Positions 52,846 to 62,262 of a stretch of DNA of 62,611 nucleotides are shown in pieces. The translations under genes were made by a program, and so were the position numbers. Every line of letters begins with the position of its first letter. Positions within the stretch are counted from its first letter, which is position 1. The stretch comes from Betaproteobacteria bacterium SG8_39 (GTDB lineage: Bacteria; Pseudomonadota; Gammaproteobacteria; Burkholderiales; SG8-39): contig LJTQ01000001.1 in NCBI GenBank assembly GCA_001303445.1, forward strand, positions 1 to 62,611. Direction: 5' to 3'. The notes beneath the pieces were generated by a model that saw only the letters and a program-made list of their open reading frames with translations, did not search any database and was not told the origin of the DNA.

Positions 52846-54444
52846 TCAGGCGGCCTGCGCGCGCCAGCCCTCGAGCGCCTGCAGGTACTCGTCGGGCCGT
52901 TCCACCAGGATCTTCGGTCGGCCGGCGAAAACCTCGCCGCTTTCCGCATCGAGACAGATTTCCTCGCCTTCGGCAACGAAGGTGCTGCCGACGCGCAGCG
53001 CGCGGCGGACGGGGTCGACCGAAAGCGCGCCGCAACCGACGACGCAGGGCTTGCCGAGCTGACGGGCGACCACCGCCGCATGCGCGGTGCGGCTGCCGCG
53101 TACGGTGAGTACCCCGGCGCAGTTGGCGATGGCGCCGATATCCTCGGTCGACAGGTCTTCGCGCACCAGGATCACCGGCACCGCGCGCCGCCCGAGCCGC
53201 TGCGCGGCGGCGGCGTCCAATGCCACCCGCCCTGCGGCAACGCCGAGCCCCGCCGGGATGCCAAGCGAGAGCGGCACGAGGCCTTCGCGCGCCGCGATGC
53301 GCACGCGCTGGATCGATCCGAGATCCAGATCGGCGACGCGTTCCAGCGCTTCCCGCGGCGTGATCAAGCCGGCGTGGGCAAGCTCGACCGCGATACGCAA
53401 TGCAGCCCAGGGCGTGCGCTTGCCCGTGCGCGTCTGCAGCAGGTAGAGGCGTGCGTCCTGCACGGTGAACTCGAACTCCTGGACGTCGCGGAATTCCTGC
53501 TCGAGCGCGCGCCGCGTCTCGGCGAGATTCGCGGCCACCGCGGGCAGCACGCGCGTCATGCGCTCGGCGTCGCCGCCGGTGCTGCGACCGGAGACCACAT
53601 CCTCGCCCTGACTGTTGAACAGGAAGTCGACGTAGAGCCGGTTCTCTCCGGTCGTCGGGTCGCGCGTGAACGCCACGCCGGCGCCCGAGGTGCCGCCCGC
53701 GTTGCCGAATACCATGCGCTGCACGGTGACCGCGGTGCCGACATCGCCGTCGATCGCGTTCTGGCGTCGGTATTCGACCGCACGCGCGCTCATCCAGGAC
53801 TGGAACACTGCGCCGACCGCGGCCTCGAGCTGCTCGTAGGGGTCCTGCGGGAACGCGCGACCGACGTGCTCGGCGTAGATCTCGAGGTAGCCCTGGGTAA
53901 GCGACTGCAAGGCGCGGAAATCAAGCTCGCGCGCTGCTCTGACGCCCTCGCGCGCGAGCTGCCGCTCGAGCGCGTCGCGAAACGGCGCGGGATCGACCTG
54001 ATGTACGACTTCCGCGAACTGCTGCACCAGCCGGCGATACGAGTCCCAGGCCAGGCGCGGGTTTCCCGTCAGCCGCAGCAGGCCGCGCAGGGTGGCGTCG
54101 CACAGGCCGATGTCGAGCAGCGTGTCCATCATTCCCGGCATCGACACCGGCGCGCCCGAGCGCACCGAGACGAGCAGCGGCCGCCGCGGCGAGCCGAATC
54201 CGAGGCCGCTGGCCTGCTCGATGCCGGCGAGCGCGTCGCGCAACAGGTTGCGCAGCGTGGCGCGCGTGGCCTCGACATCGGTGAACCAGGCCCTGCAGGT
54301 CGCCGTGCCGAGCACGAAGGCCTCCGGTACGGCAAGGCCGAGGCGCGCGAGGCGCAGCAGGTTATGCGCCTTGAAGCCGATGTCCTCGGGAACGGCGAGC
54401 GCCGCATGCGGCGCGATGCTGTAGAGGTGCTGGGCCGCGCTCAT
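52846..54444 (-). CDS. PPDK/PEP-synthase-like protein: nucleotide-binding ATP-grasp (PPDK_N) plus phosphohistidine swivel domain, lacking the PEP/pyruvate TIM-barrel
   Basis: 532 aa. GFKAHNLLRLARLGLAVPEAFVLGT, TRDPTTGENRLYVDFLFNSQGEDVVSGRSTG and swivel motif VRGSRTAHAAVVARQLGKPCVVGC (His codon at 53080-53082). The ORF ends about 60 aa after the swivel domain. Confidence 0.8.
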   Translation of the reverse strand: MSAAQHLYSIAPHAALAVPEDIGFKAHNLLRLARLGLAVPEAFVLGTATCRAWFTDVEATRATLRNLLRDALAGIEQASGLGFGSPRRPLLVSVRSGAPVSMPGMMDTLLDIGLCDATLRGLLRLTGNPRLAWDSYRRLVQQFAEVVHQVDPAPFRDALERQLAREGVRAARELDFRALQSLTQGYLEIYAEHVGRAFPQDPYEQLEAAVGAVFQSWMSARAVEYRRQNAIDGDVGTAVTVQRMVFGNAGGTSGAGVAFTRDPTTGENRLYVDFLFNSQGEDVVSGRSTGGDAERMTRVLPAVAANLAETRRALEQEFRDVQEFEFTVQDARLYLLQTRTGKRTPWAALRIAVELAHAGLITPREALERVADLDLGSIQRVRIAAREGLVPLSLGIPAGLGVAAGRVALDAAAAQRLGRRAVPVILVREDLSTEDIGAIANCAGVLTVRGSRTAHAAVVARQLGKPCVVGCGALSVDPVRRALRVGSTFVAEGEEICLDAESGEVFAGRPKILVERPDEYLQALEGWRAQAA

Positions 54445-56402
54445 GCCGCCATCACCTCATTCAGCACATGGTCGCGCAGCATCAGCGCGGCGTGCATCAG
54501 CGCGTCCGCCGCCGCTTCCAGGTTGCGGGAGATTTCCGCCAGCACGAACAGCGCGCGCGGCTCGCCGGTACCGCTCAACGCGGCGGTTTTCACCTTGCGG
54601 TTCGCGTCGTCGCTCTGTCGTTCGATCTGCACGATGCGATGCACCGACTCGAAAAAGTCCTGCACATCGCCGCGCGGCACGCCGCGCCGCACCACGCGCG
54701 CCGCCTCGACCGCCTTGATGTACTCCTGCGCGCCTTCGACAACCTGGCCGGCGAGTTCGGTGAGCGCTTCGACGGCCTCGTCGGCATGGGCATCCGCGCT
54801 GGCTGCTTCGCGCAGCAGCGTGAGGTGGAACGCTGCATCCTCCAGCTCGTCGGCAATGTCGTCGCTCGATTCGACGATGCGGCACACGCTCGCGGCCTGC
54901 TCGTTGTGCTGCGCCAGGTCGCGTGCGAGGTTGACCACGCCGTCGGCGAGGTGCTCCCAGCGCTTGGCACGCTCGGCGTTGCGTGCAAAACGCTCGACGG
55001 CGCCCGGCAGCTTCGCGTTCAGCAGGCAGTCGCGCACGCCGCTCGCGATTTCGAGCGTCAGCGCCATCTGCTCGGAGGCATGGTCCAGCGCCGTCTGCTG
55101 AACCGAATGCATGCGGCCGAACAGCTCGCCGCGCAGCTCATCGAGCACCAGGCTCACCGGCTGGCCGGCGACCAGCATCTCCGCCGAGATGCGCAGCGCG
55201 AAACGCAGGAATTCCACGGCCCCGTCGCGTCCCAGCACGTCGTCGAGGCGTGCGCCGAACGCGGTCGGTGCCTTGCCGAGCGAGGCCAGTGCGTCGAACA
55301 CCGCCTGCTCGGCGCCGATGCGCAGGAACGCCATGTGGCCGACATCGTTCTCGGCCGCCCAGCGCAGCAACTTGAGAGCTTCGTTCTTGCGTACCAGCAT
55401 GCGCAGGCGCTTGCGTGCCCGGTTCCAGTCGATGAGGAAAACGAGCCGCGAGCCGAGCCAGGCGAGGTAGGCATCGAGCTCGTCAGACGACGCGGCGCGT
55501 AAACGGCCGAACGCCAGGTGATAGACCCCGTCCTCGAAACCGGCGTCGCTCTTCGAGCGGGTGTCGTTCCAGTCGACGTTCCAGCGCTTGAGCAGGCTCT
55601 GCAGGAACATCAGCCGCGGCAAGTGGACGTCGGTGTAGATCAGCGTTGCGTCCAGCCCCTCGACATGCACTACCAGGACATGCGCGTCGGTCGTGCCGAT
55701 GTCGTTCTGCAGCACCAGGCGGTGCGCCGCGCGCGTTGCCGTCGTCGCGAGTCCCGGGTGGTCGAATTTGAGCGCGCGTGTTGCGTTGACCCCGCGCATG
55801 AACGCGGCGACGCGCGGTGCGTCGCCGGCATCGAGCCCGTAGGCCAGCGCGCCGTCGATATTCTCCGACGCGATCGAGGCCTGCAGGGCGTTCAGCCCCT
55901 TGTGCAGATCCATCACCAGCAGGTGCAGGCTGCCGCCCACGGCGGCTGCATCGCGCGCACCGCGGGTCATGCGCGCGATCGCGCTGGCGTCGGCAAGCCC
56001 GTCGACCAGCCAGGGATCGGCGAGGCAGGCGGCAAGCCGGTCGGCCCAGGCGGGGGTGCGCGGATCAGCCGTCGCCTCGAACGGCGCCAGCATTTCGTGC
56101 ATCGCGGTCTTGATGCGCGCCGCGACGGTGGCTGCGTGCGGCAGCCGGTATCGCCCCGGCCCGGCCGTCACCGCCCCGCCGATGAGTTCGTCGAGCGCCG
56201 AGTCGGGTTCGCCAGCGGAGGCGCGCTCTCCCTTGAGGTCGGGTCGCTCCGCCTCGGGCTGCTCGACGTGCGCGACCGCGAGTTGCAGCAGGCTGAAGTA
56301 GTACTTGACGCGGTCGTTGGCGGCGAGCGCGGCATTGATCAGCCCGGGCAGCAGCAGGCGCTGCTCGCCCAGCACGTCGAGAATCCGATCCTTCTGCGGC
56401 AT
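54441..56402 (-). CDS. uncharacterised 653-aa protein; C-terminal ~200 aa resemble PhoU_div/DUF47 helical repeats
   Basis: Clean 653-aa ORF whose stop overlaps the start of the PPDK-like gene (ATGA at 54441-54444). No TM segments seen. The C-terminus shows the two-fold DUF47-type pattern (WEHLADGVV...DDIADELEDAAFHLTLL and IERQSDDANRKV...ISRNLEAAADALMHAALML). I do not recognise the N-terminal 450 aa. Confidence 0.6.
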   Translation of the reverse strand: MPQKDRILDVLGEQRLLLPGLINAALAANDRVKYYFSLLQLAVAHVEQPEAERPDLKGERASAGEPDSALDELIGGAVTAGPGRYRLPHAATVAARIKTAMHEMLAPFEATADPRTPAWADRLAACLADPWLVDGLADASAIARMTRGARDAAAVGGSLHLLVMDLHKGLNALQASIASENIDGALAYGLDAGDAPRVAAFMRGVNATRALKFDHPGLATTATRAAHRLVLQNDIGTTDAHVLVVHVEGLDATLIYTDVHLPRLMFLQSLLKRWNVDWNDTRSKSDAGFEDGVYHLAFGRLRAASSDELDAYLAWLGSRLVFLIDWNRARKRLRMLVRKNEALKLLRWAAENDVGHMAFLRIGAEQAVFDALASLGKAPTAFGARLDDVLGRDGAVEFLRFALRISAEMLVAGQPVSLVLDELRGELFGRMHSVQQTALDHASEQMALTLEIASGVRDCLLNAKLPGAVERFARNAERAKRWEHLADGVVNLARDLAQHNEQAASVCRIVESSDDIADELEDAAFHLTLLREAASADAHADEAVEALTELAGQVVEGAQEYIKAVEAARVVRRGVPRGDVQDFFESVHRIVQIERQSDDANRKVKTAALSGTGEPRALFVLAEISRNLEAAADALMHAALMLRDHVLNEVMAA

Positions 56403-56453
56403 GGAAATTCACTATGCGCGCCGGGCAGTTAGGCGCGTTGACGGAGGTCAAAC

Positions 56454-56462
56454 TGCTAGAAT
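56454..56462 (+). promoter_or_regulatory. candidate extended -10 element for glmUS
   Basis: TGCTAGAAT (TGn + TAGAAT) about 50 nt upstream of the glmU ATG, in the 109-nt divergent spacer. Sequence pattern only. Confidence 0.25.
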
Positions 56463-56511
56463 TCGCAGCGTCCTCCTGTCATGAACGCGCAACGCTTTTA
56501 TCGCCTCTGCC

Positions 56512-57870
56512 ATGTCTCTTGACATCGTCGTCCTCGCCGCCGGGCAGGGCAAGCGCATGCACTCGCCGCTGCCCAAGGTGCTGCACAAAGTGGCCGGGCG
56601 ACCGATGCTCGCGCACGTGCTGGACGCTGCACGCACGCTCTCGCCACGGCGCATCATCGTCGTGCACGGCCACGGTGGCGATCTGGTGCGCTCGACGTTC
56701 GCGGCGATGGACATCACCTGGGTCGAGCAGACCGAGCAGCTCGGCACGGGCCACGCACTCATGCAGGCGCTGCCGGGCGTCAAGCCGCGCGATGACGTCC
56801 TCGTGCTGTATGGCGACGTGCCCCTGATCCGCGCCGAGACGCTGCATGCGCTGGTTGAAGCCCGGGATTCCGGCCTCGCCATTCTTACCGCGGAGCTCGC
56901 CGACCCATCGGGCTATGGACGCATCGTGCGCGACGCGCAGGGCAGCGTGACGCGCATCGTCGAGGAAAAGGATGCCAGCGCAGACGAGCGCGCGCTGCAC
57001 GAGGTGAACGTCGGTTTCCTGGTCGCCCAGGCGGGACGACTCGCAAGCTGGCTCGCCAGAGTCAAGAATCGCAATGTCCAGGAGGAGTACTACCTGACCG
57101 ACGTGGTTCAGCTCGCCGTGGCCGAAGGCGTGCGCGTTGCCTCGCGCCAGCCGAAGGATGCGTGGGAGGTGCGGGGCGTCAACTCGCGTCACGAGCTGGC
57201 GCTTGTCGAGCGCGCCTACCAGAACGCGACCGCGAAGCGTCTGCTGGAGTCCGGCGTGACGCTCGCTGACCTGTGGCGTATCGACGTGCGCGGCGACCTG
57301 CGCTGCGGAACCGACGTGTCGATCGACGTCAATTGCGTATTCGAGGGCAAGGTCACGCTCGGCGACCGGGTGCGCATTGGGCCGAACTGCGTGCTGCGCA
57401 ACGTCACGATCGCCGCGGACACCGAGGTTCACGCGTTCTCGCACCTCGACGAAGCGCAGATCGGGGCGCGCTGCCGGGTTGGGCCTTATGCGCGCCTGCG
57501 CCCCGGCGCGACGCTGGCCGAGGACGTGCACGTCGGCAATTTCGTCGAGATCAAGGCGAGCCGTCTCGGCGCGCACTCCAAGGCGAACCACCTGAGCTAC
57601 GTCGGTGATGCCGAGGTCGGGCGGAGCGTCAATATCGGCGCGGGCACCATCACCTGCAACTACGACGGCGCGGCCAAACACCGTACGGTCATCGGCGACG
57701 AGTGCTTCATCGGCTCGGATGCCACCCTGGTCGCGCCGGTGACGCTGGCACGCGGCTCGTACATCGGCGCCGGCTCGACGATCAGCAAGGACACGCCGCC
57801 GGATCAGCTCACCGTGGCGCGTGCCAAGCAGGTCACGGTGCGCGGCTGGAAGCCGCCGCGCAAGAAATAG
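56512..57870 (+). CDS. glmU: bifunctional UDP-N-acetylglucosamine pyrophosphorylase / glucosamine-1-phosphate N-acetyltransferase
   Basis: 452 aa. [27 protein letters not shown], and left-handed beta-helix hexapeptide repeats in the C-half. Confidence 0.95.
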   Translation: MSLDIVVLAAGQGKRMHSPLPKVLHKVAGRPMLAHVLDAARTLSPRRIIVVHGHGGDLVRSTFAAMDITWVEQTEQLGTGHALMQALPGVKPRDDVLVLYGDVPLIRAETLHALVEARDSGLAILTAELADPSGYGRIVRDAQGSVTRIVEEKDASADERALHEVNVGFLVAQAGRLASWLARVKNRNVQEEYYLTDVVQLAVAEGVRVASRQPKDAWEVRGVNSRHELALVERAYQNATAKRLLESGVTLADLWRIDVRGDLRCGTDVSIDVNCVFEGKVTLGDRVRIGPNCVLRNVTIAADTEVHAFSHLDEAQIGARCRVGPYARLRPGATLAEDVHVGNFVEIKASRLGAHSKANHLSYVGDAEVGRSVNIGAGTITCNYDGAAKHRTVIGDECFIGSDATLVAPVTLARGSYIGAGSTISKDTPPDQLTVARAKQVTVRGWKPPRKK

Positions 57871-57874
57871 CACG

Positions 57875-59713
57875 ATGTGCGGCATCGTCGGCGCGGCGGC
57901 CGGGCGCGACATCGTACCGATCCTGGTCGAAGGGTTGCGGCGCCTCGAGTACCGCGGCTACGACTCGGCGGGCGTGGCCGTGCTGAACGGCGCTGCACAG
58001 CCCGCGCTCGAGCGCGTCCGCGCTGCGGGCCGGGTGGCCGAGCTGGCGGAGAGGATCCGGGAGAAGGGCGTGCACAGCGCGACGGGCATCGCACACACCC
58101 GCTGGGCGACGCACGGCGCGCCGACCGAAGCGAACGCGCATCCGCATGTCTCGGGTGGGCTCGCCGTGGTGCATAACGGCATCATCGAAAACCACGCTGC
58201 GCTGCGCACGCGGCTGAAGGCTGCGGGTTTCGTCTTCGTTTCGGAAACCGACACCGAGGTTATCGCGCACCTCGTGGCGCATCAGCGCCGTTCGAGCGCG
58301 GACCTGCTTACAGCCGTGGCGCAGGCGGTCGCCGAGCTGCAGGGCGCGTTCGCGATCGCGCTCGTCTCGACCGACGACCCTGGGGCGGTTGTGCTGGCGC
58401 GCAAGGGGGCGCCGCTGTTGCTCGGTCTCGGTGAGGGCGAGAACTTCGCCGCCTCCGACGTCTCCGCGCTGCTGCAGGTAACGCGGCGTATCGTCTACCT
58501 CGAGGAAGGCGATTGCGCGGAGATTCGCACGGCGGGCGTGCGCATGCTCGATGCCGGAGGCCGGCCGGTGGAGCGCAAGGTCCATCTCTCGGACCTGAGC
58601 GCGGACGCCGTGGATCTCGGCCCTTACCGGCACTACATGCAGAAGGAGATCTTCGAGCAGCCCGGCGCGCTCGCGAACACACTGGAGATCGTGCAGGGAA
58701 CCGCCTCGGTCCAGGCGGGGCTCTTCGGTGGCGAAGCGGAAGATCTGCTGCGTGATGCACGCCGGGTGCAGATCATCGCCTGCGGCACGAGCTACCACGC
58801 GGGCCTGGTCGCCGGCTACTGGATCGAAACCCTCGCGCGTCTGCCGGTGCGCGTCGATTTCGCGAGCGAATTTCGCTACCGCGACGTCGTGCTCGACGCG
58901 AGCGATCTCGTGGTCACCATCTCCCAGTCGGGCGAGACGGCCGATACGCTCGCGGCGCTCGAGTACGTCAAGTCGCTCGGCTGCGAACGCACGCTGACGA
59001 TCTGCAACGTGCCGGAGAGTTCGCTGCTGCGCGCATCGCGGCTGCGCTTTCTCACCCGTGCCGGGCCCGAGATCGGCGTCGCCTCGACCAAAGCGTTCAC
59101 CACCCAGCTCGCCGCGCTCTACCTGCTTGCGCTGGTCATCGCCCGACTGAGGGGGCGCCTGGGCGAGGCCGATGCAGCGCGCGCGCTCGCGGCGCTGCGC
59201 CACCTGCCGGCGGCGCTGCAGCACGTGCTGTCGGTCGAGGATGCCGTGGCGCGCTGGGCGAAACGCTTCGCCGCGAAGCAGCACGCGCTGTTTCTCGGCC
59301 GTGGCGTGCACTATCCGATCGCGATGGAGGGCGCGCTCAAGCTGAAGGAGATTTCCTACATCCACGCCGAAGCCTATGCGGCGGGTGAGCTCAAGCACGG
59401 CCCGCTCGCGCTGGTCGACCGCGACATGCCGGTGGTCGCGGTTGCGCCTGGCGACGCGCTGCTCGAGAAGCTGAAATCCAACCTGCAGGAAGTGCGCGCC
59501 CGTGGCGGCGAGCTGTTCGTCTTCGCCGACCAGAATTCCGGCATCGAGCCTGCCGAAGGCGTCAACGTGATCACCCTGTCCGACCATGCCGGGCCGCTCT
59601 CACCCATCCTGCACGTGGTACCCCTGCAATTGCTTGCCTACCACGCCGCCCTGGCGCGCGGCACCGATGTCGACAAACCGCGCAATCTCGCTAAATCCGT
59701 CACTGTGGAGTAA
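57875..59713 (+). CDS. glmS: glutamine--fructose-6-phosphate aminotransferase
   Basis: Start at ATG 57875 ([33 protein letters not shown]). Two SIS domains. C-terminal LAKSVTVE. Confidence 0.95.
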   Translation: MCGIVGAAAGRDIVPILVEGLRRLEYRGYDSAGVAVLNGAAQPALERVRAAGRVAELAERIREKGVHSATGIAHTRWATHGAPTEANAHPHVSGGLAVVHNGIIENHAALRTRLKAAGFVFVSETDTEVIAHLVAHQRRSSADLLTAVAQAVAELQGAFAIALVSTDDPGAVVLARKGAPLLLGLGEGENFAASDVSALLQVTRRIVYLEEGDCAEIRTAGVRMLDAGGRPVERKVHLSDLSADAVDLGPYRHYMQKEIFEQPGALANTLEIVQGTASVQAGLFGGEAEDLLRDARRVQIIACGTSYHAGLVAGYWIETLARLPVRVDFASEFRYRDVVLDASDLVVTISQSGETADTLAALEYVKSLGCERTLTICNVPESSLLRASRLRFLTRAGPEIGVASTKAFTTQLAALYLLALVIARLRGRLGEADAARALAALRHLPAALQHVLSVEDAVARWAKRFAAKQHALFLGRGVHYPIAMEGALKLKEISYIHAEAYAAGELKHGPLALVDRDMPVVAVAPGDALLEKLKSNLQEVRARGGELFVFADQNSGIEPAEGVNVITLSDHAGPLSPILHVVPLQLLAYHAALARGTDVDKPRNLAKSVTVE

Positions 59714-59716
59714 CGC

Positions 59717-60028
59717 ATGAACCGCGTGTCCATTCTCGTTGCGCTCGCTGGCTTCACATTTTCTGCCTTCGCGCAGCACGACGCCTTCCCCTTCGGCGAG
59801 CCGAAGGCCGGTGCCAAGCTGTTCGAGGCCAAATGCACCGATTGTCACCTGCGCATGTTCGGCGAGGTGCCGAAGGCCTTCACGCGCGAGAACCGCAAGA
59901 CCAAGGATGCGCCATCGCTGCTTGCCTGGGTGCAGCGCTGCAACAACGCCAACAAAGCGGGCTTGAACCGCGAGGAAGAGGAACACCTCGCCGCCTACTT
60001 GAACGACGCGTTCTACAAGTTCAAGTAG
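59717..60028 (+). CDS. small secreted monohaem c-type cytochrome-like protein
   Basis: 103 aa, 3 nt after the glmS stop. Signal peptide [19 protein letters not shown], single CTDCH (CxxCH) motif. The 3' end overlaps the convergent MFS gene by 16 nt. Confidence 0.55.
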   Translation: MNRVSILVALAGFTFSAFAQHDAFPFGEPKAGAKLFEAKCTDCHLRMFGEVPKAFTRENRKTKDAPSLLAWVQRCNNANKAGLNREEEEHLAAYLNDAFYKFK

Positions 60029-61200
60029 CGCGCGCCAGCGCGGGCGAGCGGCGCGATGCCGATCAGCCCGGCAATCGGACCCGGCAGCAGCAGCCAGGCG
60101 ATCTTGGCGTCGAGCGACGGGAAGCTCGCCGATGCCACGCCGATGGCCAGCACCGTAATGAAAAAGCCGATGCTGTTCTGGATTGCGAGCGCCGATCCGA
60201 CAAGCTCGGGTGGGCAGGCGCGCGCGGACAGGGCGGAGAACTGCGGCGAGTCGGCCACCACCATGAATCCCCAGAAGACGAGCACGCCGAGCAGCAGTTC
60301 CGCCGGCAGGGCCTGCAGCAGCGGATAGGCGAGGCAGGCGAGGCCCGAGCCGGCAAGCGCCACGGCCGCGACGCGCGCGCTGCCGATGCGGCGGCTCAGT
60401 GCGCCGCCGACGACACAGCCGACGCCGCCGGTGCCGATGATGATGAACGCCCACAGCGGGACGTCGAGCGCCTGACCGCCGCCGCGCGCGGCGATCGCCG
60501 CCAGCAAAAACGGTGTCAGCGTCCAGAACGCGTACAGCTCCCACATGTGGCCGAAGTAGCCGAATGCCGATGCGCGAAACGCGGGAATGCGAAACGCGGC
60601 GCGCACGGCGCCGAAGCGAATGCCTGCGCCTTTCCCGGAGGCCCTGAAGTGTGGCCCGTCGCCGAGCCCGAGCACCATTGCGGCGCCGAGCAGGGCGAGC
60701 GCCGAGCTCGCCAGCACGACGTGGCTCCATGGCCAGTCGCTGCCGGTCGCGCGCACGAAGTGCGGCAGCGCGGTGCCGACGGTGAGCATCCCGACCAGCC
60801 AGCCGAGGACCTCGCCGGCGCGCTGCGGCGCCCAGCCGACAACCAGCTTCATGCCCAGCGGATACACGCCCGCGAGCGCAATGCCCGTCAGGAAACGATA
60901 GACACTGGCGTCGGCGAGCCCGGTCGCGAGCAGCGCGAAGGCCGCATTCGATGCGGCGCCGAAGGCGGCGCAGACGGCGACGATACGACTGGCCGGGAAA
61001 CGGTCGGCGAGCCCGGAAAACGCGAAGCCGAAGGTGCCGGCGATGAATCCGAGCTGCACCGCGTTGGTGAGCAGTCCGATGTCGCCGGTCGACAGTCCCC
61101 ATTCGCGAACCAGCGAGTCCGCGGCCGCGTTGGCGCTGAACCAGAGCGAGGTGCCGAACAGCTGCGCGAGGACGATGAGCGGAACGGCCAGACGCGCCAT
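60013..61200 (-). CDS. MFS transporter
   Basis: 395 aa, about 12 hydrophobic segments. MFS loop motif context ([12 protein letters not shown]). Substrate unknown. Confidence 0.85.
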   Translation of the reverse strand: MARLAVPLIVLAQLFGTSLWFSANAAADSLVREWGLSTGDIGLLTNAVQLGFIAGTFGFAFSGLADRFPASRIVAVCAAFGAASNAAFALLATGLADASVYRFLTGIALAGVYPLGMKLVVGWAPQRAGEVLGWLVGMLTVGTALPHFVRATGSDWPWSHVVLASSALALLGAAMVLGLGDGPHFRASGKGAGIRFGAVRAAFRIPAFRASAFGYFGHMWELYAFWTLTPFLLAAIAARGGGQALDVPLWAFIIIGTGGVGCVVGGALSRRIGSARVAAVALAGSGLACLAYPLLQALPAELLLGVLVFWGFMVVADSPQFSALSARACPPELVGSALAIQNSIGFFITVLAIGVASASFPSLDAKIAWLLLPGPIAGLIGIAPLARAGARYLNL

Positions 61201-61258
61201 GCGCGCACCATAACCGAAGTTCGCGCCGCCCGTCGCGCGGGGTGGCGCGCGCGCCGCT

Positions 61259-61651
61259 TTACGGCACGACGGCGGTCGCCTCGAGCTCGATCTTGCCCGG
61301 GCTGTCGAGCAGATCGGAGACGAAGATCATGCTCATGCAGGGAAAGTGCTTGCCCATGAGGTCCTTCCACACCCGGCCGAGGTCCTTGCGCGCGGCGAGA
61401 TAGGCCGGCTTGTCGCAGCAAAACGCGGTGATGCGACAGATGTGCTCGGGCTTGCCGCCGGCTTCCGCCAACACGGCGAGCACGTTCTTCAGCGCCTGCT
61501 CGAACTGCGGTGCGAGCGCTTCGGAGTGGAATTTCTGCTCGGCGTCCCAGCCGACCTGGCCGGCGATGAAGACCAGCTTGCCGCCGGAGACCGCGATGCC
61601 GTTGGCGTAGCCGATGGCCGGCGCCCAGCCCTTGGGATGCAGGATGTCCAT
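61259..61651 (-). CDS. RidA/YjgF/L-PSP family protein
   Basis: 130 aa. [23 protein letters not shown]...[18 protein letters not shown]...[11 protein letters not shown] follows the RidA family layout. Confidence 0.85.
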   Translation of the reverse strand: MDILHPKGWAPAIGYANGIAVSGGKLVFIAGQVGWDAEQKFHSEALAPQFEQALKNVLAVLAEAGGKPEHICRITAFCCDKPAYLAARKDLGRVWKDLMGKHFPCMSMIFVSDLLDSPGKIELEATAVVP

Positions 61652-61689
61652 GCCAGCTCTCCTTGTGCGCTTGTCTGCCTGCCTGTGTT

Positions 61690-62262
61690 TCAGTCGTTTA
61701 CGTTGGGCGGATCGAGATCGACGTCCCAGCCCTTTTCCGGCTTCGGCACGCGCGCCAGCCAGGCTTTCACCAGCTCGACGTGCTCGCGTTCCTCCTCCGC
61801 CATTTCGTGCGCCGCATCGAGCACGGCACGCGGCAAATCGCGCCGCGCGAGCGCCGCGAAAAACTGCGCCGCGCGCTCCTCGTTGCGCAGCGCGATCTGC
61901 AGCGCATGATACGGCTGCATGAGGTAATGCAGGTCGTTGGTCTCCCCGGTCTCCGGACCTTCGAGCCCTTCCCAGCGGAACGGCTCCAGGTCGGTGGGCG
62001 GCGTTTGCCAGCCCATCTGCTCGAGAATCTTGGTGGCGTGCAGCTTCTCGATGCCGGCCAGCTTGCGGAACAGCTGGGCCACCTCACGGTTGTTGGCGAT
62101 TTCCATCTGGTCGGCGAATTCGGCGTAGCGGGTCGACGCCTCCAGCTCCATCGCATAGGCCCGCTTCATGAACTGGGCAAATTCTTCCTTTGCGGTCGCC
62201 GTGTGTGCAAGCCGCCGCTTCGTGGTTTTCTGCGCTGCCTTGGTTTTGCGCTTGGCCGTCAT
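61690..62262 (-). CDS. ferritin-like / rubrerythrin-type diiron four-helix-bundle protein with basic N-terminal tail
   Basis: 190 aa. Lys/Arg/Thr-rich first 25 aa, then two E...ExxH half-sites (ELEAS...EKLH and NEERAAQFF...EEEREH). The start overlaps the stop of the upstream oxidoreductase beta-subunit gene (ATGA at 62259-62262). Confidence 0.65.
   Translation of the reverse strand: MTAKRKTKAAQKTTKRRLAHTATAKEEFAQFMKRAYAMELEASTRYAEFADQMEIANNREVAQLFRKLAGIEKLHATKILEQMGWQTPPTDLEPFRWEGLEGPETGETNDLHYLMQPYHALQIALRNEERAAQFFAALARRDLPRAVLDAAHEMAEEEREHVELVKAWLARVPKPEKGWDVDLDPPNVND

Noticed and set aside
52846-54444. Calling this gene ppdK or ppsA (pyruvate phosphate dikinase / PEP synthase).
   Set aside because: - The ORF is only 532 aa and ends shortly after the swivel His domain.
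- The C-terminal PEP/pyruvate TIM-barrel is missing, and the neighbouring ORF does not supply it.
- No GTNDL-type or barrel motifs were seen.
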